IMG/VR virus record: IMGVR_UViG_3300043395_003277
Coordinates: 1 to 64,000 of that record
Direction: 5' to 3' (one strand)
Length of the DNA stretch: 64,000 nt
Source of the DNA: a virus
This document shows, one piece after another, positions 44,245-54,827 of the stretch. Made by a program: the position numbers and the translations under genes. The notes under the pieces were generated by a model. That model worked only from the letters and a program-made list of their open reading frames with translations, was not told the origin of the DNA and made no database searches. Position 1 is the stretch's first letter, and every line of letters starts with the position of its first letter.

Positions 44245-44972
44245 TTCAATCTCAACGTACTCAAAAGAACCCATTAATGCTGGGATCTTTTAGTGCTACA
44301 GCGATTCGTTATCTACGTGGCTCTTTAGGTCCCAAGAATCAATTGGTTGGTTCTGCAGATACATGGGATCAATCTCGCGGTGGTTACGGTGGAGGTACAT
44401 ATAATCATTGGTTTAAAGTTAATATCACAACACCTGGTTGGATCATTGTTGCAAACGATTCACCCAGGCCTAACTATATCCAATTGTCTGCATATGACTT
44501 AAACCTGAAGCCGATTGAAAGCAGGGCAATTATTGATGAAGATTCAATCAAGGTGCAAAATGGAACCAGTGTCTATTATCCATATTTAAACGATATTTCT
44601 GCATCGCAAGCAAATCTGTACAACATATTTTCTTCCTTCCGATTGGACCGGGGAGATTCTCGCTATTACCCTTTGCCTGCAGGCAATTACTTGATCTGTG
44701 TTTCTAGCACCAGGAATGAACCGATTGATTACGCATTTGCTCTTGTTATTGAGTTTCCAGCAAATGAAGGCTATTTCCAGGTTGAAGACTTTGAAGGCGG
44801 TTTGTTTTTAGCAGAAGACGGAACTAGGATTCTTTTGGATCCTGCCGATCCCTTTTACTTTGATTCCAATCACGATCATTCTCTGTCAGAATGGAAGGAA
44901 GTGTGGAGCGCCTCTCACCAGGATACCGATAAATTCCCCAGTGTTTTAGTTCCTTTAGCTAACCGAGCATGA
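44226..44972 (+). CDS. hypothetical beta-sandwich protein (PPC-like)
   Basis: HWFKV.I..PG.I...LPAGNYLICVS pattern. Confidence 0.5.
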   Translation: MSRPTVVQSQRTQKNPLMLGSFSATAIRYLRGSLGPKNQLVGSADTWDQSRGGYGGGTYNHWFKVNITTPGWIIVANDSPRPNYIQLSAYDLNLKPIESRAIIDEDSIKVQNGTSVYYPYLNDISASQANLYNIFSSFRLDRGDSRYYPLPAGNYLICVSSTRNEPIDYAFALVIEFPANEGYFQVEDFEGGLFLAEDGTRILLDPADPFYFDSNHDHSLSEWKEVWSASHQDTDKFPSVLVPLANRA

Positions 44973-45135
44973 TCAAATTTATCTTAAGACTGTTCTCTCG
45001 TACGTCTTCTCATAAAAAGTTTAACTGGAACGAGTATTGCTCCAAGCATCCGCACGAATGCGGTTGTCGTATTTACGATCTTTAAAGGTTTAAATATTAC
45101 GTTTAACCCTAGAATATAAGAAAAGGATAAATCCA

Positions 45136-45300
45136 ATGGCCCACTTAAATCAGTATTTTGAAGTTGCGCTTGCAATTCATGCAGCCTGCTCTGCTATTTG
45201 CGCACTTACTCCCACGCCTAAAGATGACTTGTTTGCTCGCAAACTCTACCGTCTGATTGAGATTGGCGGCTTGGTGATTGGTCGTGCCAAAGAGCGCTGA
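45136..45300 (+). CDS. putative holin-like small protein (not in ORF track)
   Basis: MAHLNQYFEVALAIHAACSAICALTPTPKDD...; TPTPKDD family, near endolysin. Confidence 0.6.
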   Translation: MAHLNQYFEVALAIHAACSAICALTPTPKDDLFARKLYRLIEIGGLVIGRAKER

Positions 45301-45462
45301 TTAATTAGGTAACGCTTGGAACCAAAATACGGTTCCATCATTTTTTTCTACCCATTCCCTTGTTGCGTAAGCCTGTTCTTTTGACAGGGTTACGCATTTT
45401 TTTTCGTCGCCTACTTCCCAGCAAATATTGACGCGTATATAAGGTTCTTTATACTTTTTCAT
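45301..45462 (-). CDS. 53-aa hypothetical protein (not in ORF track)
   Basis: MKKYKEPYIRVNICWEVGDEKKCVTL... directly downstream of endolysin. Confidence 0.55.
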   Translation of the reverse strand: MKKYKEPYIRVNICWEVGDEKKCVTLSKEQAYATREWVEKNDGTVFWFQALPN

Positions 45463-45463
45463 C

Positions 45464-46489
45464 TTAATAATCCCATCTGACTTTTGGCCTTCCTGCTCTC
45501 ATGCCAATATGAACAAATCCTTTTGGAGCGCCATAACCAAGAGAGTATGGCCAATTTTTGTCACACCATTCTTGCAATGTCCAGATATTGACACCTTCAA
45601 TATAAAAATCAACTGCCCCCACATTTGGCGCTGAGTATAAATGCTCAGAATTTGTTGCGCCCCCAACGGATGCATTAATCTTTGGAGGACGGTGTGCACT
45701 TGTAATAATTACAGGTTTATTGCCAAAATATGCACGTGCTTTTTCAATAAAACCACAAAGCTCTAATGCTGCATCACATTGGTACTGTTTGTTAAAGCGA
45801 CGACCTTCTTGGTTGAGAGTTAATTCTCCATAGGAAATATGAGGAGTAATTTTATAGAAAAATGGGCTCCAGGGATTGAATTTACTGACGGGTGCTGGTG
45901 TTGGTTGTGGTACTGGTGGCTTGTTTAGCACAAGCTCTCGATCCATGATCTGCATTAGTTTTGATGCATAATCTGGATCAGTGGCATATCCTTCTACAAC
46001 AAGAAGACGTGCGCATTCATTGCGATCTTTTGCACGATTCACACCCTTGAATTGACCAAAGTCTTTATACCAACGCTCAACCAGGTAACAAACACAGGTA
46101 TAAAGATCAGGAAAATCAATAAATCCTGCTTTGATTGTGATCCACTTTCCGTTTAGAAATTCTTGTGTATTGACATTGGATCCATTTCCTTTTAATCCAA
46201 AATAGTTGTGTGTACCAGAAGTTGCCTTGCCCCAGCCTGATTCAAGCGCCCACTGTGCAGCAACAACTTCTGGAAATTTAGCTCCTGCTGCTTTGCCAGC
46301 TGATAGGACTCCGTTCCATGTATTGGTAAAAGTCTGTGTTTGAGGAGGTGTTTTTTCTTGATTACGATACTTTTTAGCAAAAAGATCCAGGTCTTCTTTT
46401 GTTATCTTTGACTGCAGCCAATTGAACGCATCGATTTGATGTGGTAATCCCTTGTAGTACTCAGCCGCCTCTACAAGCCTTATTGCCAT
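45464..46489 (-). CDS. endolysin: GH73 glucosaminidase plus M15A peptidase
   Basis: AQWALESGWG, NYFGLKG, GYATDPDY; ITSAHR...N..VGGA..SEH....AVDF...FVHIG. Confidence 0.9.
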   Translation of the reverse strand: MAIRLVEAAEYYKGLPHQIDAFNWLQSKITKEDLDLFAKKYRNQEKTPPQTQTFTNTWNGVLSAGKAAGAKFPEVVAAQWALESGWGKATSGTHNYFGLKGNGSNVNTQEFLNGKWITIKAGFIDFPDLYTCVCYLVERWYKDFGQFKGVNRAKDRNECARLLVVEGYATDPDYASKLMQIMDRELVLNKPPVPQPTPAPVSKFNPWSPFFYKITPHISYGELTLNQEGRRFNKQYQCDAALELCGFIEKARAYFGNKPVIITSAHRPPKINASVGGATNSEHLYSAPNVGAVDFYIEGVNIWTLQEWCDKNWPYSLGYGAPKGFVHIGMRAGRPKVRWDY

Positions 46490-46535
46490 TACTTTAGAGC
46501 TGTTGTACTAACTCTAAATCAGGTCTATTAAATGT

Positions 46536-47021
46536 TTATTGGACGGTTAATTTGTAAACTTTGTCAAGACTGCCGGCTGCCATTACGGATTCAAGTTCGG
46601 ACGTTTCTTCTGTTGTTAGTGTTAACGCAATCATTAAAAGTGTAATACACGCTTGGATTGCATTTTTGTTTGCCCTACCAGCTTTTGCATCTGATATGGC
46701 GGCAATAAATTCTGTACAACAAGTGTTCACGTTTAAGCTTTGAATTGCTTGTGCACGAATTGTTTGGTATACATTACTGATCAGAAGCGCGTCCCAAAAA
46801 GCGTAGTAATTGCATTGTGCCAACAGTTCTTCTTCTGTTGGAGTATGTTCAATTACAACTTCAATCCATTTATTTAGTTGATTGTCATATTGATAGGTTT
46901 TGCCGACTGCAAGTGCCTGCGGAACTGCAATGCAATTAGCTGGTGGTTGCCATTCTGACTGCCCATCCCACTTCGTAATGTTAATACAAACGTTGCTGCT
47001 ATCAAGGATCGAATAAATCAT
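46536..47021 (-). CDS. tail fibre assembly-associated protein
   Basis: WDGQSEWQPP motif, directly downstream of fibre gene. Confidence 0.6.
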   Translation of the reverse strand: MIYSILDSSNVCINITKWDGQSEWQPPANCIAVPQALAVGKTYQYDNQLNKWIEVVIEHTPTEEELLAQCNYYAFWDALLISNVYQTIRAQAIQSLNVNTCCTEFIAAISDAKAGRANKNAIQACITLLMIALTLTTEETSELESVMAAGSLDKVYKLTVQ

Positions 47022-47026
47022 TTTAA

Positions 47027-49360
47027 TTACCAAGAAGTAACACGAACAAAGCCATCGGTACCGTTACCGCCAGCACCAGAGTTAAAACCGTTTGGAGAAG
47101 CTCCGCCGCCACCACCACCAGCTCCAATGCCGGAACCATTAGCGCCTGCTTCTCCGCTTGAAGCGTAAGCTGTCCATGTTAGTGCACCAGACCAAGTAAG
47201 ACCGTCTGTAGAGCCGTTGCCGATTGACGTAATGCCAGAGGATGGCGATCCTGTTACTGTTGCTGAAGCAAAGAAATCAGTACCGTTATAAACCACCCCA
47301 TCCCATCCTTGTGTTGTACCTGTAATACGTGCAGTCCATGTAATGCCATCTGTACTACTTGAAATATATCCAGAGCCAACATGGATAAACTTAGATTCAG
47401 CGTAGATAATCTGTCCACCCTTAGTAGTTGAAATAGTGCCACTTACGGTAACACCTGTAGAACTCCAAGTTGTTCCTGTGTCTGTGCTATAACGAATGGA
47501 ATTGTTATATGCCGCAACAATAGTACCTGCATTGTTTGATGCAATTCTGTAAAAAAGAAAACCAGTAGCATTGCCTCCTGATGTCCAAGTTGATGCATTA
47601 GTAGACGTATAGACTACTCCTGCGGATCCCCCTGTAGTAGTTCCGCCAGCAATCCAACGGGAACCATCGTAGATGATATCGTTAAAATTCCCTGCTGCTG
47701 TTCTTGCAGTCCAATTAACCAAGTCTGTTGATGTAACAATATAACTATTGTTCCCAACAACAACGTACGTTCCTCCGTTATAGGCTAATCTAATTGGCCC
47801 GCTAGCACCTAAATTTGTTTGTAATGTCCAATCAGAAAGATTGGTAGAAGTCCAAATTCCGTTACTAACAACATCATCTTCACTGTCGTAACCCTGAGCT
47901 AATGCAACCCACTTGGTGCCATCAAAAAGAATTGTTTTAAACTCAATGATTGACCTGGTTGCATATACTGTCCAGGTGCTTAAATTTGTGCTAGCAATCA
48001 AATAACCAGCTGAACCTTGCATGACATACGTACTATTTCCATACGCCAATGCTCTATAACCACCGTTAGCGCTTACACCACCATAAGATAAAACATTTAA
48101 CTCTCGACAAAGACCACCGCGACCTCCTGTTGCAAATAAAGACTTACCTCCGCTACGCGTATAACCAAATACAGCACTACTGGTGCCAGTAGTTGTACTT
48201 CCTCCCCCCGCGCCACCTGGTCCTCCATACAAACTAAAGCCACCTGTAACGCCAGCAAGGTTAGAATTAATATTAATCTCCGAGCCTCCTCCGGCGCCGC
48301 CGTTGTAATCGTATTGGCCGGCTGCAGAAAAAAGAGCCCACGCAAGGCCGCCTGTGGCTTGGGATGCGCCACCTCCACTAGCTCCGGCGTTCCCTCCTCC
48401 ACCTCCATTCCCTGTGATATACGTACCAAAAAGACTAGTACCGCCGGATGTTCCTGTATTACCACTGGTATCATTGACAGTTATTGCAGTTCCGCCTGCT
48501 CCGCCGGCGCCAACAGTAACGCTTACTGTTGAAGTTAATCCGGTTGCCATAAATGTTTGTTGTAAATATCCACCACCACCGCCGCCGCCGCCTGCACTAC
48601 GAGCAGTGTTGGTAGCACCTCGCCTGCCGCTTCCGCCACCACCGCCACCACCCCAAATTTCGACTAAAACATACGTAACACCAGTAGGTTTATTCCATGT
48701 TCCATTAGATGTGAACTGCTGAACATTTACCGCTGTAGTACCATTTTGCCAACTTGGAGCACCGTTTGGACCATTGCTAGTAAACACTTGGCCGCTAGTA
48801 CCATAATTTGCACCAGAAATACCAACAGCACCACTGGAATTAATACGTAGTTTTTCTGTGCCGCTTGTACTAATTGCTAACTCATTGGCAGCAGAACTAT
48901 ATAAACCTGTATCAACATCATTGCCTGCAATAATTGCTGGAGCACCGGCGGATCCTGCTCCGAGAACACGAACTTGACCAACTGAATCAACGACAACACG
49001 ACTACTACCGCCAGTACTAATACCTAATTCATCAGTACCAGCCCCATATAAACCAGGCGAAACACTTGCGCCTGTTCCAACTTGAAGCGAAGGAATTCCT
49101 GCTGTGCCAGCTGGTGATTTAACAATGGCACCAGAAACTTGAGTACTGAAATTTCCAGATGTAAAGTTTGCCGTTGTACCTGTTACTGTTACACCGGAAA
49201 TAGTTGTACCGCCACGAATAACGTCACCAGAAATTGTGCCAGTAGCAGTGACGTTTCCAGTGAAGGTAGGATTTTTAACAAGACCAGAAATCGAAATATC
49301 TTTATCCGCTCCACCGTCTGTAAAGCTGATATTGTCAACTTTGATCCTACCGTATGGCAT
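47027..49360 (-). CDS. tail fibre protein with glycine-rich domain and inserted propeller-like repeats
   Basis: DTGLY...ELAIST.G.E.LRI; FTSNGTW.KP...GGGGGGG; repeated S.DG.TWT. Confidence 0.8.
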   Translation of the reverse strand: MPYGRIKVDNISFTDGGADKDISISGLVKNPTFTGNVTATGTISGDVIRGGTTISGVTVTGTTANFTSGNFSTQVSGAIVKSPAGTAGIPSLQVGTGASVSPGLYGAGTDELGISTGGSSRVVVDSVGQVRVLGAGSAGAPAIIAGNDVDTGLYSSAANELAISTSGTEKLRINSSGAVGISGANYGTSGQVFTSNGPNGAPSWQNGTTAVNVQQFTSNGTWNKPTGVTYVLVEIWGGGGGGGSGRRGATNTARSAGGGGGGGGYLQQTFMATGLTSTVSVTVGAGGAGGTAITVNDTSGNTGTSGGTSLFGTYITGNGGGGGNAGASGGGASQATGGLAWALFSAAGQYDYNGGAGGGSEININSNLAGVTGGFSLYGGPGGAGGGSTTTGTSSAVFGYTRSGGKSLFATGGRGGLCRELNVLSYGGVSANGGYRALAYGNSTYVMQGSAGYLIASTNLSTWTVYATRSIIEFKTILFDGTKWVALAQGYDSEDDVVSNGIWTSTNLSDWTLQTNLGASGPIRLAYNGGTYVVVGNNSYIVTSTDLVNWTARTAAGNFNDIIYDGSRWIAGGTTTGGSAGVVYTSTNASTWTSGGNATGFLFYRIASNNAGTIVAAYNNSIRYSTDTGTTWSSTGVTVSGTISTTKGGQIIYAESKFIHVGSGYISSSTDGITWTARITGTTQGWDGVVYNGTDFFASATVTGSPSSGITSIGNGSTDGLTWSGALTWTAYASSGEAGANGSGIGAGGGGGGASPNGFNSGAGGNGTDGFVRVTSW

Positions 49361-49400
49361 TGCTGTTACTCTTTGTCTTTGTTAATTTTAACTCAAAAAA

Positions 49401-51194
49401 TTAAGCCAAAATGATCAATGGCCCCTGGATCACAAAACCAGAGGTTCCACCAGAGACCACACCAGAACAAACAATGGCAGGTGTTGCTCCAGATGGAGTT
49501 GTTACTGCAAGCGTACTTCCAGTAACACTTGTAAAAGCACCTGTTGCACCGGTGACAGTTACGCCAGAAACAACAGTGCTGAAATTACCTGTTACAAAGT
49601 TGGCAGTAGTGCCTGTAACAGTAATTCCCGTTAAAGAAGTAAAGGCGCCCGATGCACCTGTTACCGTAACAAACTGAGCAGTTGTACCGGTAACCGTTGC
49701 GCCGGACAACAGTGTTGTATAAACACCTGTAACAAAGTTGGCGGTAGTACCTGTTGTTGTTGTACCGGTTAATGATGTAAACGTACCGGTTGTAGCACTG
49801 ACGGTAATAAAACGACCGTTCGTACCTGTGATCGTGGTACCACTAAGTGTCCCAGTAACCGTAACACCAGATTGGAATTGAGCATTGCCAATGGTGTTAG
49901 TATCACCAGAGAAGGTCAGTCCTCCACCGAATACCTGGTTAACAGCGGTGAGGTTGTCGAAAACACCACTGATCGCTCGAATAATATTGCCTGTAATTGT
50001 GGCGCCAGAAAGCTGAGTCGTGTAAACGCCTGATGCAAAATTAGCCGTTGTACCAGTGACGGTGACACCTGTAATGACGGTAAAGCTGCCACTAATGCCT
50101 GTATATGTTGTGAATTGGGCTGTGGTGCCGGTTACGGTTGCACCCGTAATAACGGTAAAGCCGCCGCTGATTCCGGTATAGGTAGTAAATTGAGCCGTCG
50201 TTCCTGTTACGGTTGCACCAGAAACTCGGGTTGTAAATACACCAGAAACACCTGTTACGTTACTGAATCTTCCGGCATCTCCGGTAATAATTGCGCCAGA
50301 GACCTGGGCTGTGAAGACTCCGGTTACACCTGTTAAAGATGTAAAAACACCCGTAGCACCTGTAACTGTAGTGCCACTGATTGTTCCAGTTACCGTTAAA
50401 CCGGAGCTAATAGTACCTGAACCACCAACAACTAAGTTCCCACTGGAATTAAGCGTACCCGTTGCTGTGATATTTCCACCAGCAATGATTGCGCCAGTAA
50501 CAGTGAGATTGTTTTGTACTGACTGAGAAGTTGCCGTTAATGTGCTAAAAACACCAGTTGCACCGCTAACTGTTTGTCCTGTTACTGACGTAAAACGACC
50601 AATGTCTCCGGTGATGGTTGCACCAGACAAAGCAGTGGTAAAAACGCCAGACACACCGCTGATGTTTGCGCCTGAAATGCTCTGTCCTGTGATTGTTGTA
50701 AACCGTGCTGTTGTACCAGTGACGGTTGCACCAGATAACAACGTTGTGAAAACACCTGTTACACCGGTAACTGATTGAAAATTACCTGTTGTTGCATTGA
50801 CTGTATTGCCTGTAACCGTTGCACCAGATACAACAGAACTAAAAGTACCCGTTGCAAATTGCGCAATACCTCCGCTTGCAGTACCGGTGACCGTCAGATT
50901 GTTTTGAACAGTGACACCACTGAAGGTAGCGCTGCCACTGGCAATGATTGCATTAAATGAGCTGGTACCGGAAGCAGTTAAGTTGCCTTGGACAGTGACA
51001 TTGCCACTGAACGTAGCGTTCCCGCTGGGACTGACGTAGTAAAGATCTAAATAGTTTTTGAATTCTGTAAACGTAATTTTTTTGTTACGTAACGCTGGGT
51101 CAGCCTCAAAGACGTGAACCAGCGTCAGTACATCCGCTTCGTCAATAGAAGCGCCGTCAATTGACGGAAATTCAGTAATCTTTCTATTCGACAC
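49401..51194 (-). CDS. repetitive Thr/Gly-rich tail fibre protein
   Basis: many SGATVTGTTA.F / TG.TG.FT repeats; GTG start. Confidence 0.75.
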   Translation of the reverse strand: MSNRKITEFPSIDGASIDEADVLTLVHVFEADPALRNKKITFTEFKNYLDLYYVSPSGNATFSGNVTVQGNLTASGTSSFNAIIASGSATFSGVTVQNNLTVTGTASGGIAQFATGTFSSVVSGATVTGNTVNATTGNFQSVTGVTGVFTTLLSGATVTGTTARFTTITGQSISGANISGVSGVFTTALSGATITGDIGRFTSVTGQTVSGATGVFSTLTATSQSVQNNLTVTGAIIAGGNITATGTLNSSGNLVVGGSGTISSGLTVTGTISGTTVTGATGVFTSLTGVTGVFTAQVSGAIITGDAGRFSNVTGVSGVFTTRVSGATVTGTTAQFTTYTGISGGFTVITGATVTGTTAQFTTYTGISGSFTVITGVTVTGTTANFASGVYTTQLSGATITGNIIRAISGVFDNLTAVNQVFGGGLTFSGDTNTIGNAQFQSGVTVTGTLSGTTITGTNGRFITVSATTGTFTSLTGTTTTGTTANFVTGVYTTLLSGATVTGTTAQFVTVTGASGAFTSLTGITVTGTTANFVTGNFSTVVSGVTVTGATGAFTSVTGSTLAVTTPSGATPAIVCSGVVSGGTSGFVIQGPLIILA

Positions 51195-51238
51195 CTATGC
51201 TAACAGCGCATTCTATCCCTTTATTATAAAGGGCTTAC

Positions 51239-51550
51239 TCACCGGAATTTTACTTCAACTTTTGGTAATGCGTTAGAAATAAAACTCCAAGACCATTGAA
51301 TTCCTGTTACAATTCCGCAAGAGAGTAAAAGGACTAACAGTAATTCTGCAACCGTCAGGTTTCTCCGCACATAAACAACTTGTGGAGGCTGGATTGCAGG
51401 GGGAGCAAAAGCGGCTGTCTGTTGCGCCAGGGCTTGTTGCATCGCAATCTCCTTTGCCCTTGCCTTTAGTTCTGCCAGTTGCTCAGGAGTGATCTGATTC
51501 ACCGGATACGGCGCAACCGGCTGACTGGGCGGCACTTGTTGTTCTTCCAT
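51239..51550 (-). CDS. membrane-anchored hypothetical protein
   Basis: Gln/Pro-rich N-terminus, C-terminal TM helix. Confidence 0.7.
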   Translation of the reverse strand: MEEQQVPPSQPVAPYPVNQITPEQLAELKARAKEIAMQQALAQQTAAFAPPAIQPPQVVYVRRNLTVAELLLVLLLSCGIVTGIQWSWSFISNALPKVEVKFR

Positions 51551-51599
51551 GTTCTTGAACTGTTTTCTCACACATTAGCACTTCGAAAACGTTGTTGGC

Positions 51600-52025
51600 A
51601 TGCAGTACGGAATTCGAAAAGGATTTGAAGATGTTGCCTATGAACTAAAGGGCATTAAAAATGTCCTTTCGTCTCTATGGCATAGCCGGTACGCCGATGG
51701 CGAAACGGATGCACTCAACCCCGAGGCATATGCTGATGAATACATCTCCACGGAAGAATGTGGTCGGCGCCTGGGGGTATCAGATCAAACCATCCGAAAC
51801 TGGATTGCAATTGGACGAAAAGCTCCGGAAAAAGGCTGGGTTGAAGGCATTCATTATGTCAACATCTCACCTGATCACAAACGTAAGGCTTTGATTCGCA
51901 TTCCTTGGACCGCATTGATTCAGTCGTTTGCCAAAAACCGTGAGATTGAATTTAAAGATATGTCAGGAAAAGAAAACATAAATACCGAGCTTTACCAAAC
52001 AAGGACATTTGGGCGGCTGGAGTGA
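51600..52025 (+). CDS. excisionase/MerR-like HTH DNA-binding protein
   Basis: YISTEECGRRLGVSDQTIRNWI...EGIHY. Confidence 0.75.
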   Translation: MQYGIRKGFEDVAYELKGIKNVLSSLWHSRYADGETDALNPEAYADEYISTEECGRRLGVSDQTIRNWIAIGRKAPEKGWVEGIHYVNISPDHKRKALIRIPWTALIQSFAKNREIEFKDMSGKENINTELYQTRTFGRLE

Positions 52026-52483
52026 TGGCACATCGCTTTCAAGGTATTGATATTTCGCAAGTTACTATTGATAACCATTGTGATTTGCTGCCAAAATCAC
52101 TGGTCAATCAAGTAGAAACCTTTCTTCCTCCAGGGGGTTCATTTGATGACGGCTGCTTGCAGCGGTATCTAGAGAACCTAAAAGCTTTTGAGGAAGAAGA
52201 CGAGAATTCCGGTATGACGTTGGCAAATCGTTTACGACTGGCCTTCAAGGACATGCAACCAGATACAATCTGCGGGAAATTTCCGCAAGCTGAGCTGCCT
52301 TTAAAGCGTAGGTTGCGTTGCGTAGCTGAGTATTTGATCAGATCTGGCGAATTTAATAAGATGAGAGATGATCAAGGCAAGCTTTTAAAAAAACGTGGGG
52401 CACTTGGCAAGCTTGTTGTCATGTACCAGCCAACGTTTAAACTACTTGAAGCATTACAAAAACAAGGATTAGTTGAACGATGA
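52025..52483 (+). CDS. hypothetical protein
   Basis: coupled ORF in operon. Confidence 0.7.
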   Translation: MAHRFQGIDISQVTIDNHCDLLPKSLVNQVETFLPPGGSFDDGCLQRYLENLKAFEEEDENSGMTLANRLRLAFKDMQPDTICGKFPQAELPLKRRLRCVAEYLIRSGEFNKMRDDQGKLLKKRGALGKLVVMYQPTFKLLEALQKQGLVER

Positions 52484-52869
52484 GCAGGCGCGAAAAATTG
52501 ATTGCATCCATCATTGGTCCCAAGATGGATAAAACAAAAGCAAAGATGCTTGATGCCACAGTCAAGCTTGTGCTTGGCGACATGGGCCAGCAATACTGTA
52601 GATTCTGGGAGGCTGAGGGTCCAGGCGTCATGGTGTTTCAGCCTGAAGCTGGGGAACGCTCCATGTTTTTCCTAACACTCAAAGAATTGCATGCTGCGCA
52701 AGAACAGTGCGAAAGAAATAATGACGGTGATATGGCAGAAAGCTTTAGGCGTATTTTGGGCGCAGCCCAAAAGATTGATCCAGAGGAAAAAGCTGGATAT
52801 GTTATTAACGATTCTGACGGCATCCGTTATTTTGAGGTTGACTATAACAAGGTAGATGACAGTATTTAG
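52480..52869 (+). CDS. hypothetical protein
   Basis: ATGA-coupled; GPGVMVF motif. Confidence 0.7.
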   Translation: MSRREKLIASIIGPKMDKTKAKMLDATVKLVLGDMGQQYCRFWEAEGPGVMVFQPEAGERSMFFLTLKELHAAQEQCERNNDGDMAESFRRILGAAQKIDPEEKAGYVINDSDGIRYFEVDYNKVDDSI

Positions 52870-53443
52870 CCCTGGACTTCGCAAAGAAGATTCCGAATTA
52901 ATCACAAGCCAAGATCTTGTGACATCTGCCCATGCCCTGCTGGAAGGTATTGATTTGGATGTTGCCAGCTCTACTCTTGCCAATCAATACGTTGATGCAA
53001 AACATTTCTATACACCATTGGATGATGGCTTAAACAGCCAACAGTGGTACGGTAAGGTTTATTTATTTCCTCCCAGCGGTTGTTATTTTTGGGAGGAAAA
53101 AAACCAACGCTGGAAGATGACCAGGGCTTCTTCCAAGACGCTTACCTCATCGCACGCGGTGTGGTTTAGGAGAATGTACCGCGCGTGGATGGCCAATGAA
53201 ATTGAGCAGGGTCTTTATTTTTCCAACTGTCCTGACATGATTCGTTATGAACAAAAAATTTTTGACCTGCCCATGTGCATCCTTCGGACTGCTCCAATTT
53301 TGATGCGACGTGTCGAAAACCAAGTAAAAACACATAAAACCTGCACGTCTTTTTTGGTATACTTGCCGCCAACAAACAATACGGCAAACGCCATTGATCG
53401 ATTTGTAGACATTTACTCAGCAAAGGGTCGTGTTCTTTGCTGA
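52856..53443 (+). CDS. phage Dam-like DNA methyltransferase homolog with variant catalytic motif
   Basis: IDLDVASS..AN..V.A..FYT..DDGL...W.GKVYLFPPS (NPPY in typical members). Confidence 0.7.
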   Translation: MTVFSPGLRKEDSELITSQDLVTSAHALLEGIDLDVASSTLANQYVDAKHFYTPLDDGLNSQQWYGKVYLFPPSGCYFWEEKNQRWKMTRASSKTLTSSHAVWFRRMYRAWMANEIEQGLYFSNCPDMIRYEQKIFDLPMCILRTAPILMRRVENQVKTHKTCTSFLVYLPPTNNTANAIDRFVDIYSAKGRVLC

Positions 53444-53476
53444 TTTCTGTATACTGAAGGACGATTACAAGGGCTT

Positions 53477-54064
53477 ATGAGCGTCCTGGCAGATTGGGAA
53501 ATTCGTCAACTGGCTGAACAGGAGCAGATGATTGCTCCATTCGTTGATCATCTTGTCAACGAAGATCAGGGACGCAAGATGCTGAGCTACGGACTTAGCT
53601 CGTACGGTTACGACATCCGCCTTTCTCCTAAGCAATGCTTAATTTTTGGTCGCATTTCAGAGGGTGAGTGCGATCCCAAGGAATTTAAGCCTGAGATTCT
53701 TAAACCTGCTGATTTACTTTTCGATGAAAAAGGAGAATATTTTCTTCTGCCTCCTTATGGTTATTGTTTAGGCGTAGCCCAAGAACGTTTAAAGCTTCCG
53801 CGTGACGTAACTGTTGTTGCTGTTGGCAAATCAACTTATGCACGCTCTGGGATCTTGGTCAATATCACTCCAGCAGAGTCCGGCTGGGAAGGATATTTGA
53901 CCCTGGAAATCAGTAATTGTACGGGGTTATTTAACCGCATTTACGCCAATGAAGGCATTACACAATTACTGTTTTACCGTGGTAATCCTTGCGAAGTAAC
54001 GTACCAAGATCGTAAGGGCAAGTACCAGGGCCAGCCTAATAGTGTGGTGTTTTCCCAGGTTTAA
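53477..54064 (+). CDS. dcd: dCTP deaminase
   Basis: SYGLSSYGYDIRL, GKSTYARSG, TP.E.GWEG.LTLE, YANEGI.Q, Y.DRKGKYQGQ. Confidence 0.96.
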   Translation: MSVLADWEIRQLAEQEQMIAPFVDHLVNEDQGRKMLSYGLSSYGYDIRLSPKQCLIFGRISEGECDPKEFKPEILKPADLLFDEKGEYFLLPPYGYCLGVAQERLKLPRDVTVVAVGKSTYARSGILVNITPAESGWEGYLTLEISNCTGLFNRIYANEGITQLLFYRGNPCEVTYQDRKGKYQGQPNSVVFSQV

Positions 54065-54435
54065 ACGAACTGCTTACCAAACTGGGACTTAGGAGTACGG
54101 GCGTAACCGACACTGCCGGTGCGCCCACCTGAATCCCCTGTGGTTGGCAGCTCAACACCATTGATGTTGGCACCAGCGCGTGGAGTACGGCCACGAATCA
54201 TGGGTTCAGCAATGCTGGCACGCTGCCTGTAGGCACCTGCTGTCCGTGCTGCACGCATAAAACGTCCTACACGCTCCTGGTTCTGGTTCAGTGAGGCAGC
54301 AGCGGGACGTTCTTCTGGTTCGACACGACGTAAATCAGTGTCATACGCCTGCTCTGGGCGCAAATCTGATATCTCAGCGCCGGAGGTACCAGCGTTGATA
54401 CGTGGGTCGTAATTGGAACTATATATGTTTGCCAT
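54061..54435 (-). CDS. hypothetical Arg-rich protein
   Basis: ATG at 54435 with TACAAT upstream. Confidence 0.65.
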   Translation of the reverse strand: MANIYSSNYDPRINAGTSGAEISDLRPEQAYDTDLRRVEPEERPAAASLNQNQERVGRFMRAARTAGAYRQRASIAEPMIRGRTPRAGANINGVELPTTGDSGGRTGSVGYARTPKSQFGKQFV

Positions 54436-54471
54436 CTTATTATTGTAGAAGCAATAAATCATGCGCTAACT

Positions 54472-54822
54472 GTGATGCATTCCGCTGCTGGATTTTTAGA
54501 TAGCTTTGTACAAGACGAAATTGATTGTCGTTGTCTGACAGAAGAGGACTTTGGTGCACCTCTTGATAACGCAGAAAATGACGTACCCTTGTACGATATG
54601 TATAACCGTGGGTTAGCTGCATGCGAACAAGGCTTGAATCGGAATCCGTTGCATCTAGAGGGGCAACGGCCCGGAATGACGGGTTACATTCCTTCGATGG
54701 AAGAAGCGCTGGAGAAGTACCCAGCTTCCTCGCCACGACCGAAGAGCTTAGTGCTGGAACTGGAGGGGCCATCGGAGAAGGAGAGACTTCTGTCGGCAAA
54801 ACGTCGTGGTTTGCTCCAGTAG
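54472..54822 (+). CDS. hypothetical protein
   Basis: 116-aa ORF divergent from previous gene. Confidence 0.55.
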   Translation: MMHSAAGFLDSFVQDEIDCRCLTEEDFGAPLDNAENDVPLYDMYNRGLAACEQGLNRNPLHLEGQRPGMTGYIPSMEEALEKYPASSPRPKSLVLELEGPSEKERLLSAKRRGLLQ

Positions 54823-54827
54823 AAGCA

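Noticed and set aside
49401-51194. DNA tandem repeat array
   Set aside because: Repetition is at protein level (Thr/Gly fibre repeats) with divergent codons.
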